This document shows, piece after piece, positions 49,543-62,056 of a stretch of DNA of 64,000 nucleotides (position 1 is its first letter; every line of letters starts with the position of its first letter). The stretch spans positions 44,702,001-44,766,000 of the forward strand of contig CM060732.1 of assembly GCA_030704615.1 (NCBI GenBank). The letters are read 5' to 3'. A program made the position numbers and the translations under genes. Below the pieces are notes generated by a model that was not told the origin of the DNA, ran no database searches, and was given only the letters and a program-made list of their open reading frames with translations. Origin of the DNA: Takakia lepidozioides. Lineage: Eukaryota > Plantae > Bryophyta.

Positions 49543-52500
49543 GTACGTCCATTCCTCATCAAGCAGTGCCGCCTTTCCATTGAAGGGTTCTCTAACAAGG
49601 CCCTGCTGCCCCTATACACACCCAGCGCGAACGTGTCAGATTGGCTGTCACACAATTGAGTTTACCTCTTTCTGGTCTACCGTAGTAGAGTGTTTAAACT
49701 GGCACTGTCTAGTCTACTCTGATCGTAAGGGATACATTATGTTCACGAGCTCTATAGAAATATTCTTCAGTTGATCGGGCATGCTTCAGGCGATGGTCCA
49801 CGGTCTATGTACAGGTATTGAAGTACTTTAAATAACTATATGTTATTCTTACATCATGGCGAAATGTTTCGAACTTAGCGAAGCAGCTGACAGCAATTAG
49901 ACCAACGCTCCAAACGCCATACTGACAGCAATTGATGTCGAAAGAACTCAGGTCAACTGCAGCAACTAAGCAGCTACCGGTCGTGTATAGATTATAGCTC
50001 TCTCTCGAGATTCAAACAGGTAATTTTGAAGGTTAGGACTTCAAACATGAGGATGGGGTCCGAATAGTAAATTCAGTTGCACGACAAGTTTAGGAAACAG
50101 TTTGCAAAACTGGTCCATGTGATATATGTACATTTCAGGATCGGAGACCCGATTTGTCAAAAAGTTAGTTTATCTAGAGATAGGTGGGTTGGTTTGGCTT
50201 ACTTTGATAGCATCATCGATTGCATCCTGGCTCTGGCCGCATGTTGAAGTGGGCCTCCACTGAGTACTGTCCTCCACCAAGCCCGAAATGGAATCGGCAG
50301 CCAGCCTGCTACCCCAGTCACGATGGACATCAGCGCCACATACAACTTATGTGTATCCAGTGACAAGTTACTAAATTAGATTCACACATGAATGCGAGAT
50401 GAATGCACTCCGATCTTGTCAGAACCTGTCGACAAAAGATCCTTCTCCGACCTCCGAACCATAACAGACTCCCAAAGATGCAAAACGAACCGACTTAAAC
50501 CTCATAGAAGAAGAGCCATCCATCCAAGCAATGCTTTCTGATCGGGTCATCTGATCGGATCCGTGCGCAAGCTCCACAGTCCACTTGCTCCCAATGCGTC
50601 AAGGCCGTATGTCTCTGGGTAGGCTCTCTCAATGAGACTGATGCTTCACACGTCTCCTCTTGATCATCTAGCTAACAGTCTTGTGGGTCTAAATTTCCGA
50701 CTCGTGTGAGCATTAACAGATTTATAAAGATCGAGTACCTCACTTGCAAGTAGAACATCAAGATTGTGCAAGTGTCGTTCGCTATATACGATCAGCGAAG
50801 TGTGCTTACCCGTGGCTAGTCGATCGTAAGCTTACATCGGAACCTTAAACATTTTTAAAATGGATCATCGTTCCCTCAAGCAAAGGCAAGTTCACCCAAA
50901 TTACAACCTCCTAGATGTCACAGAGTACTTGCAGCTAGAGCGAGGCTGATTGTATTGCTCGCCAAGCAACCAAGTCCAGTACCGCTATGACGTCGTTCTT
51001 CTCTAAGTTAATACGTGCTTTTCATTCACATCACACTCTTTCAATCGAGGCCCGGAACTCTAGGCTTGCACTGTCCATTCAATTGTCATCGGGGGCTCTA
51101 CGTAGACCTGGAGATCAGGACTACAGTGCATAGTGCTCTTTGGCACTCACGCCTCAGCTGGTTTTTTCTCGCATGCGAACAAAACGTATCCCTGGGTAGT
51201 GTATAACATGCTATAAGATGGGTGAGCACCCAGTTGGAACATTCAGGACTTCTTGATCTGTTCACCAGCATTTGCAGCTGCCTGTTTCCTTCAAAACTAT
51301 CTGTACTTGGCTGGAAGTTCCAACACACCTGCACACAAGGTTGCGCTGCACAAGATGATTCAACGGTGACCAGATCTCATCTCCTTCACACGCCAGCCTC
51401 TCCCTCCACCTTTTATAGCCATTCCTCACTAGATACTACCGATGACCATAATTCTGATCAATGATAAAACCATGGCGAACGATCGCACTCGCACAAGCAA
51501 CGTATCATGGTCAACAGATTAAATGTGTTCATGAACATGCCTGTTTTGACGTTTCTAGTTTCTAAGGGTCTAAGGGACGATAGCGATCTGATTACGTTTG
51601 TGTTGACGTCGTACATGTATACGATAGGTGTGTCGCTTATAGCTCCGTGTAAGACGGAGATCAGAGAATGTGGGCCCCCCCGCGCTGTTGGTGGTACAAT
51701 ACTTTGTGGTAAAAGTGTGGTGCGCGCCCAGCCAGTTTAGCCTGACCATGGCATGATGGTTTGCGGGCCCACCCTCAAGAAAACATGGAACGCCGTGATT
51801 GAAGCGGAAAAGCTTCTCACAAGTCACCTAGTCCAGATGGTTGCCAGGGTACGGGGCCCACCGGACGGTACAACGTTTGCAGCAAATAATGCTCACCTGG
51901 CCAGTACTGTCGTATTGAACCAAGTGTGCATCTCTGTGAAGGTGTGCATAGAGTATCGAGACTCTTTGCTCGCCATCCCACTCTTCGGGACCATATATAC
52001 AATTGACCATGAAATGGATCCTCTAGGCCTTCCTGATTTCTTCCAAAAATTCCTCTCTAACATTCTACTAGAGAGAGATCACAGAGAAGTACAGAGAGAG
52101 AGAGTAAAGGAGGCCTGAGTCAAGAACTCTAGGATATGTTATTACATGCAGCTGCATTGTACATAGTGAGCTTGAATCGATATAGTAGTGGAGAGCAATG
52201 ATACCAGTAAGTTTGCCATTACGAAAGACACACGAGCAAGGGTGCAACATGTCAAGGTCTTTAGCTATGATTGATTCGAGAAACTGTAAATCTGATCCTC
52301 TCTCCATCGTTCAAGACAGTAGCAGCTTGAAATGTATTGTTCCTTGGTCCTTGAGATTGAATTCATGGTCATTATGCAAATGATATCATCAGATGCCAGC
52401 TCTAGATATGTTTTGACTTTTGATGAATTGAATCACGCAAATAAATATCACCAACACTAGATGCCTAATATTATTATAGGAATCCTCTTCCACACATTGA

Positions 52501-55099
52501 GTGTTTGCGCTCCCATGTTGCAGAAAGAGGCGCCAATGCTTTCACACTTGTATCTTGAATTTTAGAATTCGTGAAAGGGTACGTGGCAACACTCAAGTTC
52601 ATCTCTCTGGGTTGATCCGACAAACTTCTCACATCGTAGGGTCAGGACTCAGGTGTCTCAAAAATACCTACTGCCTTAAATTGGAGGTGGGTCCGGCACT
52701 CAAAGATTGGAATAAAGATGATCTAAGTTCGAAGTCATGGAATGCAGGTGTACAACTTCCTTAATTCTGTGTATGTGGATCATGCAGAGTTGGGTTGAGT
52801 GGGTATCATGTGATTGGGCTCGTGTGATGCGCATAAACTGCAAGTGGGTTGCTAGCTACAATGCTTTCAACATTCTCAGGCCAGTTGGACATATTATCCA
52901 TCGGTCGTTGAGTTTCATACCAGTATTCCTTGGCACTGAATAAGAAGATGCAAAATCTGGTCTGGGACATAAGGTGGTTGTAGAATTGTGAGCGACAGTA
53001 GGTGAAGAACTGTACATACAGGGGACATACAGGGAAGTCAGTAGGTTCGACAAGGAGGATGTGATTGAAGCAGATGCTGTCGGAGGGGGCTTGTAACGCT
53101 CGCGGCTGTCTCACCTTGTCGCGCTTCTGCACAGCTGGGCCACATTACCACCTGCCGACCCCCACTTTCTGGCTTCTGCTTTCTAGAATTCTCTTGGTGG
53201 ATGCAAGTCAAGGCCCGAAGGATGCAGCACAACCTCCAGAAAGGCCTACCTGTAGCTTTTTTCACTTGACTGCAAAACCCGCACCTCTGGCCACCTTTCT
53301 TACTCACAACGGAGGATCTATTGATGCCGGATGCCCGCCCTGTCATCCCGGCATTCGGTGCAGACCGTGCAGAGGGCGGGACCGCAGGCACAGACCCGCC
53401 AGCACCGCTGGCCAAGATTTGGGCAGCGGGCAGGGCATATGAAGGGCAAGTCACGATTTTTCTTGCTGATTCTGGAGTTGGATGACAGGATCCCTGGATT
53501 CTATGCTCTCTGGGCAGAGCGGGCCAGAACCCGAGTCCTCGCATACCCAATTTGGGGCACGATGGATTTTTACAATGTATTACCATCGGTTGATTCTGAT
53601 TGTGAGGCTTTCTTTGAATCCAGTGTACAGATGTACTGGTAGGCTGTGGAGCGGAAGTGCGCATCCACCTCAGTGACGATGAGCCAGGGACTACTGCAAG
53701 GCGGGGGCACCCAAAGAAGGGTATGGGCATGCAATATGGCCGACTTGGTCAAAGCAGGGGTACGCAGCATGTCCTGAGCTACGAACAACTCTACGCCGTG
53801 CTCTCTTCACTTCAGCCCGTCCCTTGCTCGCTTGCAGGCTGTAGGTGTCTGTGGATGAGAGGCGAGGTGGATCGAGTGTAAGGGTAACTTGCATTTTGGC
53901 AGCATACACGATTCAGATCTGTACGCGTCCTGGATAATCTGAAACAAGGACTACTGAGGCGTGAAAGAGAGCCCCTTCCCATTCGGAGTGCTGCCTTCTT
54001 AACAATTACGGCTGCACATCAAACAGCGAGTAAATATGGTGGCCAGTGTGTGTCGGATAGCGATTAGCTTTATGGTTCAAGCACCTCAAATTGCCCGTAT
54101 CCAATTACAGAGCATTGTTGTTGGGCAAGTGACTGTGACTTCCCACTACTAGTTACCGAGCAGGGAACAGGGCATCGAGGTGGTAGATGGCCTCTGGGAA
54201 GCATAGTCACTCTGAAGAAATACACCACACAAAAATCAACCTGTTCGGATAATTTTTGTCCCATTGGAGGCAGATAGAAATAACGAGCGCACATCTGCAT
54301 GCATCCAATCCCTACGATTCTGAAGGTAGCACCTGGGTGCGGAAGGCTGCGCGAACCCGAGCAGTACCGGACATGTACCATCATGGAATATCGAGAAATA
54401 AACTTTGTGTACGTGAGGAGGGATACAGTTGTCTGCCCATATCTACATCGCAGGTGGCATGGTTGAGTCAAGAAATAGTTGTGATATGGAGGTTGAGTGC
54501 TGAGCTGCAAACTGACAGACCTGGATCAGAGAGCCTGGTTGTGCATATTTGTTATCATCCACACAAGTGGTCACGGATCATGCTACAGGTGCGTATTCAG
54601 AATAACATGTTTGAACTAAAGCCTCAGTATTTTACACTATCAGAGTGATTGTCAGGACCTGTCTTTCCAATGTTCTAAGTTCTGGATTCTCTTGTTGCCT
54701 TCCTTTAGCAGACTCTCACGCTTATAACAAACACAATCGAGGAATCTGAGACTTTGCTTTGGTGTGGGTATCCAGATACAGCTGAAGCCCTTCACAAATG
54801 AGCATGGGAAGCCTGAAGGAGATGGACGTGGAGCAATGCACTAGTTATTACCTTCTGGATTCACCTCTTGTGGTAATCTGAATTGCTATCAACGAGGCAA
54901 GTTTCCTTGAAACCACCAAAGATTACTGGATATCTCTATGCATCAGATTTTGTAGAATCTTGATGTTATTGGAAGAGTGTCCGACATTGATGTAAAATTG
55001 AACTTCAGGCTGACTAGTTTCTCTTCCACTCTTAAGGTCAAATGCTCAAGAAGAAGTAAGCAATTTAAGTACTGTCAAGGAGAAATGTTTTTTGACAGT

Positions 55100-56450
55100 G
55101 GCTGAGGGTAAACACAGTGGGAGGGTTGGAGGGTTAGTTCTTGACAATTAATATTGCTAATACTAAGAGGATAGTGGATGTCGCGAACTTTTGAGAACAT
55201 GGGATGGTAAGGTTGCTGCCCTCCCACTCTTCAAATATGTGAAGATGACATGCAATGCCTTGTCTGCAGGTGGGCATACCCTCCATCTTGGCATCCTAGT
55301 GCCGATCTCAGTGACTGGATGGTATTGCCTTGACAAATTGAGAAATTCCAAGTTTGGACACATTTGATGTTGGAAACCAGAAACCTCCCCCACACTAAAG
55401 GAGCTTCCTGGTTTGAACAGAGTTTATTTCTTGCCAATTGATGTGTTGTGGGTATCACTGTATCCAACAACGATAGCCTCAAGTGCAGACTCATCAAGAA
55501 GAAAATTGGTTTCAAGACAATGGGTTGTGTCCTAGGATAATGCTGATTTTTTGCCAGCTTAAACAAGGGAACAAGAATGAAGTAATCACAACTGTGATTT
55601 AGCTTCCAACAATTCATTTGAGGAATTTGCGCTCATGTTATGACTTAGATGGAACGTAATGAAGCTCGACCCTACAGGCACAACTCCTCTCCCCCTGTTT
55701 TCCTCCCTGGCATTCAGTCAGAATTATTATTCAAGATTATAGATATATTCGAAACCGACAGTGATTGCGGTGCTTGGTCCAGAAGGAGGTTCTCCACATC
55801 TTTTCTCAATTCTTTGAGAATGGTCCAAGTGGGGTTCTAAACCCTCCATTTATAGATGTCTTCTGCCCATAAAGAAAGAGAGCTTGGAAAAGTTTTGGGG
55901 ATGTGGTTTGTCTGACAACCTTACTGCACAGGGTTCTGGAGGAGGCATCCAAAGTCCATTGTTGTTTGAAGGTCGTCTCAAATTGGGTGGAGGGCTTTAA
56001 CTCAGAGGGAAAGACCTTGAAGAAATCTAGAAGATCAATTTGATAAAGAGAGGGGGGGAATAATTAGACAAGGTATTCATGGAGATTGCTCTGATTATGA
56101 GCTGCAGATAGGCAGAAGCTGGTGCAGATTAAGTAATACCTGCTTACTAGCAAGAAATCTACAGGTTCGGTACACTAAGTTTGCATTACGCTTCCAAACT
56201 ACAATGATGTTAGAAATTACCTTTGTCTGCATGTCTGAATCTGTTGTCTGCACCTCTATGGTAGGAGAGGTAAGAGGTACACTTTCATTGGTCTCCTTCG
56301 TTGGTCCCTTACACACCTCCCACGCAATAGATTTTCTTGAAACGAAAACTAAAATGGCCTCCAATGACAACGATACGACAATTTTACATGTTTCTGGAGG
56401 TTGGTGTGAATCTACTTTCCTCAGCAGAGCAGTCACGTGAGTCAACCGGA
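55100..56450 (-). pseudogene. Possible decayed leucine-rich-repeat (RNI-like) gene remnant
   Basis: CPNLEFLNLS/GNTI across a frameshift (~55360-55320) and an SL..../LSHN-like piece near 55640; otherwise no long coherent frame. Confidence 0.3.
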
Positions 56451-57186
56451 TGCTTCCAAGATAACGGACACCTTCTTTTCCAATCCCTCAACAAAAAGTG
56501 GGCGATCAGATTCCAGCTATTTCCTTGCTCCGATTGGCCGGAATGGAGACCTTCATCACATCATGTGACCACTTACAACACTCACACTTTTGACTGGGAT
56601 GTCCACCTCTACTGCAAATTATCGTGTCTAAGGTCACCAGGTGATGGGTTGGAAATGAGATCTTACGATGAAAATGTTGAGGGTCCCGTCTAGGAAGACT
56701 AGATCATCTTTTAGTTTGAGTTCTTTGGCAAGTGGCAGTTTGGGGTGTGAAGGAGACACTCAAATGCTAGGTAGGCTGGGCTCCTAGTCATGTCATTCTT
56801 GTATGATAATCTGCACACACAAAGTGCCAAAATAGTTGGATATCAGAAATGGGTGGTGGTGCATGATGCATGGCAAGCATATGCACAGCCTTCACCACCT
56901 GCCAGGCGGTTGCGTGGCCATCATCACCCTCCCTTTTCACATAGACTGCCACGCAGATCAAGTTTGTCCATTACTGACAGATGCAGCTGGAAGTGTGTTT
57001 CAAATTCCTCCCCCCTGCTGCTGCCACGAGCCTCTTCTCAATTGCAGCCGCGAGTAGGCCTCACGAATTATGATGCTCAGGGATTATAACTTGGAAAGTC
57101 ATTTGAATACTAACTAGATCATCTGTGAAGAGGGGAGAGAGCAAAAGACTGATACATGTATCCATAGATTGTAGGAACAGCTCAGG

Positions 57187-59132
57187 ATGAGTACATTGAC
57201 AAAAACTGAGGATGCACATAAGAAGTACAGAGAGCGAGAGTATGCGGAGGCCTTGGAGTTGTACACAGAAGCGCTCAATGTAGCTACGCACAAGAACCAT
57301 CGTGTTGCACTTCACAGCAATCGTGCTGCCTGCCATCTCAAGCTTCACAACTACAAACAGGTCTTTCTTATATGATTTTGTCCCATAAGCTCGAGCGGAT
57401 TTTTGCGTGCAATTCCTCTACTGTATCGTGGTTTCCTTTGTGCCATAAGCTCTTTCAGTGGACCGTCACGCTATACAATTTCTTTCTTCCTCTTTCTTTC
57501 TTTCGTCGTAAAGTACCATTTCATTTCATTTCTTCTTCTTCTTCTTGTATCCCTCATGGGAACAGAGCCTCTACAGTTGTAAAAGAAAATGCACGACGTG
57601 ACTCACACCTTAAGTTATCCGTATTCCGATTTCACTAAATTGCTGGATGTACCTGAAAGTAATCGGAGGAGCCTAGCTTCACTTTTTCAAGCGCTTACAG
57701 GTCTGTACAATTTGCTGTGTAATTGACACCCGTGGGTAATTGACTGCATAGTCCAGAGTGAACTGCATCACGAAGGGTTGTACAGACGTGTTATAGTGTT
57801 CATCAATTGTACTCCTCAGTCGAGCCTCAGTCATGCCCTGCCTCAGCTGGGAACTCCAGCGTGGGACGTTGGTACCCCTCATGTAATGTGCTAAGAGTAT
57901 GATGTGTTAGAAGCAATTAGTCTCTTTCTGGGGGGATACTGCATGCATGCATGCATCTGAAGTTGTTCTTAATTTATTGGGTGCAATCTTGAGATCTCGT
58001 GACACATGAGTAAGTAGTACTTCCCCTTATTTGAGGAGATGGCAGTATGTGATGTCCAAGTTTTGGGTGTGACAAGGCGTGCAGGCAGCAGACGAGTGCA
58101 GTGCGGTGTTGGAGTTGGATGCAGTGCACACTGGGTCACTCATGCTGCGGGCACGAACTCTAGTGGCGATGAAGGATTATCATTCAGCGTCGTTTGACGT
58201 CAATCGTCTCCTTGACATCAACCCTTCATCTAATGTATATCGCAATCTGCAAGCCCGCTTGCGCACCCAGCTGGTACGATATCACTCCCAAATGTTGCAC
58301 ACGGTGTCCATCTACATTTAGTGAGACTTAAAATTCATGAATTTCAACCTGGCACTCTGTGAACAGACTTCAAACGGTAACATTTGAGATCATTTGCTTC
58401 AGCCATAAAGGGATAATTTGCTTCAGTGCAGCTAAATTCTATTGTTGGTGCTCCACAGTACAACGGAAAACTCTCTGATAGTGGCTGCTTTGAACACCTT
58501 CAAGATTAACTATGGTGGCCAAGATTGTGCGCAGTCACCAACCTGTGGACTCCTTCAAGCGCTTTCCTTGCTGCCTCAACCTTTCTGCGTTCTCTGTGTT
58601 TTACATCCCCTACGAGTATATTGAAGTTCTACCTGCTTGTCGAATCATCTGATTTAGGTTTGATTACCATGTCTCTTAGACTACGGAAATCTTGTCCACG
58701 GGTTCAAAGGATTTCAGTCTCCTTGTCTCGTCCAGTATGTTAGCTCTGTAGTTCCTGCAGTGCAGGTTCCCTGATACCAGTTGAGACCCTAGTGTTGAAT
58801 AGTTGATCTAATAATTGATGCCTGAGCGCTTGCAGGCCCTGGCACCCATACCAGAAGCAGAAAGTGAATCTCCGCCAGAATCACCCACAAGCCAAGCATT
58901 GCGATCAACCTCCCCAGCTACAATATTGCCACTTGCCAAGGAGCCAGAGGCACCAGCTAAAAAGGGGTGGGATGCCATTCCAGCTCCCAAGGGGCACTCA
59001 AGCATTGACTATTCTCAGTGGGGAGCCTTTGGAAATGATTTGAGTGATGAGGACGATGAAGATGAGGATGAGGAGCCTCAGTACAGATACCGGCTCCGCA
59101 CTGTTGGGCTGGGTGCTGTCTCTAGCAAGTAA
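57187..59132 (+). CDS. Tetratricopeptide-repeat (TPR) protein of an uncharacterised conserved plant family
   Basis: Exons 57187-57360, 58085-58273 and 58836-59132, all phase 0. YAEALELYTEAL...LHSNRAACHLKL, AADECSAVLELD...LMLRARTLV, and conserved C-terminal GWDAIPAPKGHSSIDYSQW...EPQYRYRLRTVG. Confidence 0.92.
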
Positions 59133-59638
59133 GGCTAGCTCACAGGGGACACAGGGAAGTCCAGCAGATAGGTCGAGTTTGTTGGCATTCTTGTAGAACT
59201 GTGCCCTTCCATGTACTATATACAGAGAGAGCTGGTTGGAGTCATTGGCTTGAAATGGTTTCTCTCAGCCATTTCATTTTTGATGAGTTATGTCTCGATT
59301 TCAAGATACAGCAATGCTGCACCACCATACCCCTCTTTCATCTTCAGAAGCCACAGGTTCTAAGTATTTGGACTGTGCAGGCCTTTTATATGGGTGTGCT
59401 GTGCTCTTGGGCCTTTGGTACAAGTTGGGAGAGAAACCCTCTCTCAAACCTGCCCATGTCCGATCTTGCCAGTCTTTCTTTTCTCACATGGATTGCGTGG
59501 TGGGTGTATAAAACGAGTGGTGCAGTGAGGGAGAACTCGTAGGGACTCTGAACAGCTCAACACTCACAAGTAAGTATGTGTATTAACATGTGCCAATGTT
59601 CAGCACAGTTGATTCTTCAAAATATATGGGGTCTTGTA

Positions 59639-59850
59639 CACTGTTGGGCGGGTATTACATTTTTTAATATCAGCCGGGTCCCGGTATTGAAAAACAATTT
59701 TTTTTTAATACCAGCCGGTTCCATAGTATTGGAATATTCACTTAATTCTAATATCCGCCGGTTCTCAATAGTATGATTTCTTATTTGTGGAGGGGTATTC
59801 CAACCATAATACCAGCCGATTATAAGCCCGAATATAAATAATTAAAATTG
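59639..59850. mobile_element. Truncated end of a hAT-type MITE related to 60237-61152
   Basis: Starts CACTGTTGGGCGGGT (13/15 to the neighbouring TIR); AT-rich with repeated aatacc/atcagccgg motifs; no partner TIR seen. Confidence 0.45.
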
Positions 59851-60236
59851 AAAGTAAAATAACCACCAAATCATTAATGTGCCTCTAATTTAGAAGCATA
59901 CTTGATTTCACAAAGTTTTATTTTTATTTTTAATAAATTTATAAAGAACAGAGGCTGTGGCCCTGCCAGAATTTATTAAAGGAGAATAATGAGATACTAG
60001 AGGGAAAAATAACCACTTAGGGGGCCGTGAAGGCGCAAACGCATGGGAAACTACCCGGAGACATGCAGCAAGGAACACCAACAGTCAGTAGCTCAGTTGG
60101 TAAAGTGCACTGAGTGCCATCCAGATGACCTTGGGGTCAATCCTGCTACTTGACTGGTGTGGTGCGCTCTTCTCCCCCTTCCATGCGCGGTGTCGCATCT
60201 GAAAGCCTTAGGGCGAGGTTACTGAGAGGTTATTTT

Positions 60237-61152
60237 CAGTGTTGTGCGGGTCTGGGTTTCGAAGGCGGGTTAGGTTACCCGCACCCGCACTCGGACCCGT
60301 GCTATCACAAAAAACCTGGACCCTAACCCGGATACATTTCTAAAATGAACCCGGAACCGGTCACAAAAAACCCGGAACCGCCTGTTGGGTCCAGAATCCG
60401 TTAAACCCGCTACCCGAGGGCCAATGTAGCGGGTGAGGGTCTGGGTCTTAATTTTAGATGGGGCATGCGGGGTCCACCTTAGATCTGGTAGGTTCATTGG
60501 AAGGGACGAGCAGCAATAGGCCGCAGCAGCAGCCAGCCCCACCACGTTGTAGCCCAGTGGTAATGCCCACATACCACCTCAAAAGCGGTTGTGGGTTCAA
60601 TCTCCGGAGTGGTGTTCCAAAGTTGTGCGCCTTTGGGACCATAATTTACACCTCCCAAAGGAGACGTCATATATTATTATTATGCCAGATCACACACATC
60701 CATGCTATAGTGATCTACCCTTGAGGCATATTACTATTCTTAACATGTTTAAAGAATTGATATTGAAAAATAGAAAATGGAACTCAAACTTAATTTAATT
60801 CTTATTCATGATATACATATTCATATTCATGGTATATTTTGAAGGAATGTCTCTTAAAATAAAATTCATTATTAGGATTTAAAGTTTTTTCCAGCCAAAA
60901 ATAAATTTATCCCTAATTAATCTTAATTTTCTAATTTATTTAATCAATATATTAGGACCCGGATCCGAACCCGTGAACCCGCTAATATTTCCCAACAACT
61001 ACCCGGACCCTAACCCGAGTCCGTGTTGACAAACCCGGACCCGGATTTTCCAAATTTCAAAAACCCGGATCCGGACCCGGACTTGGCTCCGAAAAAAAAC
61101 CAGCACCCGGACCCGGCGGGTTCCTTAAAAAGGAAGAACCCGCACAACACTG
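60237..61152. mobile_element. Non-autonomous hAT transposon (916 bp)
   Basis: Perfect 15 bp TIRs CAGTGTTGTGCGGGT/ACCCGCACAACACTG; 8 bp TSD GTTATTTT (60229-60236, 61153-61160); many subterminal ACCCG/CCCGGA repeats. Confidence 0.93.
60541..60625 (+). mobile_element. Second tRNA-like SINE head inside the hAT element
   Basis: A box TAGCCCAGTGG (60550-60560) and B-box-like GGTTCAATCT (60594-60603); no proper cloverleaf. Confidence 0.5.
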
Positions 61153-62056
61153 GTTATTTTCTCCTCTCTCTATCATGGGGCCTGATTTGTGAGCTGTCGC
61201 TCCCAGGTGTTTCCCTTTGTTATTAAAAATAAATAAAAATGAAAAAGGAACGTAATGGGGGATACTAAATAGATCAGTGGCACTGCGACTAGCTAAGGGA
61301 GCTCTAAGCGCGTAAGGGATCGAACCAGAGCTGTGAGCTAGATATAAGAACTGCCATACCAGGCGAAGAGAAAAGACATAAAACATGGGATCAGAGCGAT
61401 TGCTCTGCCCATGAACTTACTGGACTTGGGTTCCAATTGACTTGGGTTGTAAGTAAAGTAAAGTAGAAGACTGGGGTCAAAAGACTTGGGTTCTTGGATT
61501 TTCTTTTGGATGATCAACATGGAATGTTAGGGTAGATCTTATTTTCTTTTGGGGCAGATACCAGATACCAGATACCTAAGTTCTTGGACTACATAGTACC
61601 TGTACATTTCACAGAATCCCATAGGTATTGATCATCCAAAGGAAATCCAGCAATGGGTAAGAAGTAAAGAGCAGCCACCATCACTGCAAAGAAACCTTGA
61701 GTTGTGGGTAAGAACTAGAAGTAGAACTAAGAAGTAGCCAACCAGGAAACCCAAATAAGTTTTACTCTTTTGGGCTCCTGCAGATCTCTGCATAGAAACC
61801 GGTTTCAGAGGAATCCAAGTCCCATCATTCTTCTTGGGCTGGATGTGTTCACAAACATGAGGGTGCCCTAACCCGCAACGAGAGAGTTGAGGTGGGTTGG
61901 TAGACAGTGTTGTCTGCTACTGCCATCGGAGGTGACGAGGAAGCGAGACGAAGGTGCAGGATAGGGCAGCATTTCAATGCCCTTCCACTTTCTCTCGCTA
62001 CTTCCTGTCTTGTGCTTGTAGCTTGATCGTACTGAAAGAAGACAAGGTGTGCAAAG

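Larger units (their letters stand above)
60077..61244 (+). mobile_element. tRNA-derived SINE interrupted by the hAT MITE
   Basis: A box TAGCTCAGTTGG (~60089), degenerate B box GGGTCAATCC (~60134), GCC anticodon-like loop; the body resumes after 61160 and ends in an A-rich tail; candidate TSD AAGGAAC at 60070-60076 and 61245-61251. Confidence 0.6.

Noticed and set aside
53050-54050. GC-rich stretch with overlapping ORFs, faintly like a decayed F-box gene
   Set aside because: No frame gives a convincing motif; cannot be supported without a profile search.
60084-60155. tRNA-Gly(GCC) gene
   Set aside because: The B box is degenerate, the stems pair poorly, and it continues into a SINE-like body with an A-rich tail.
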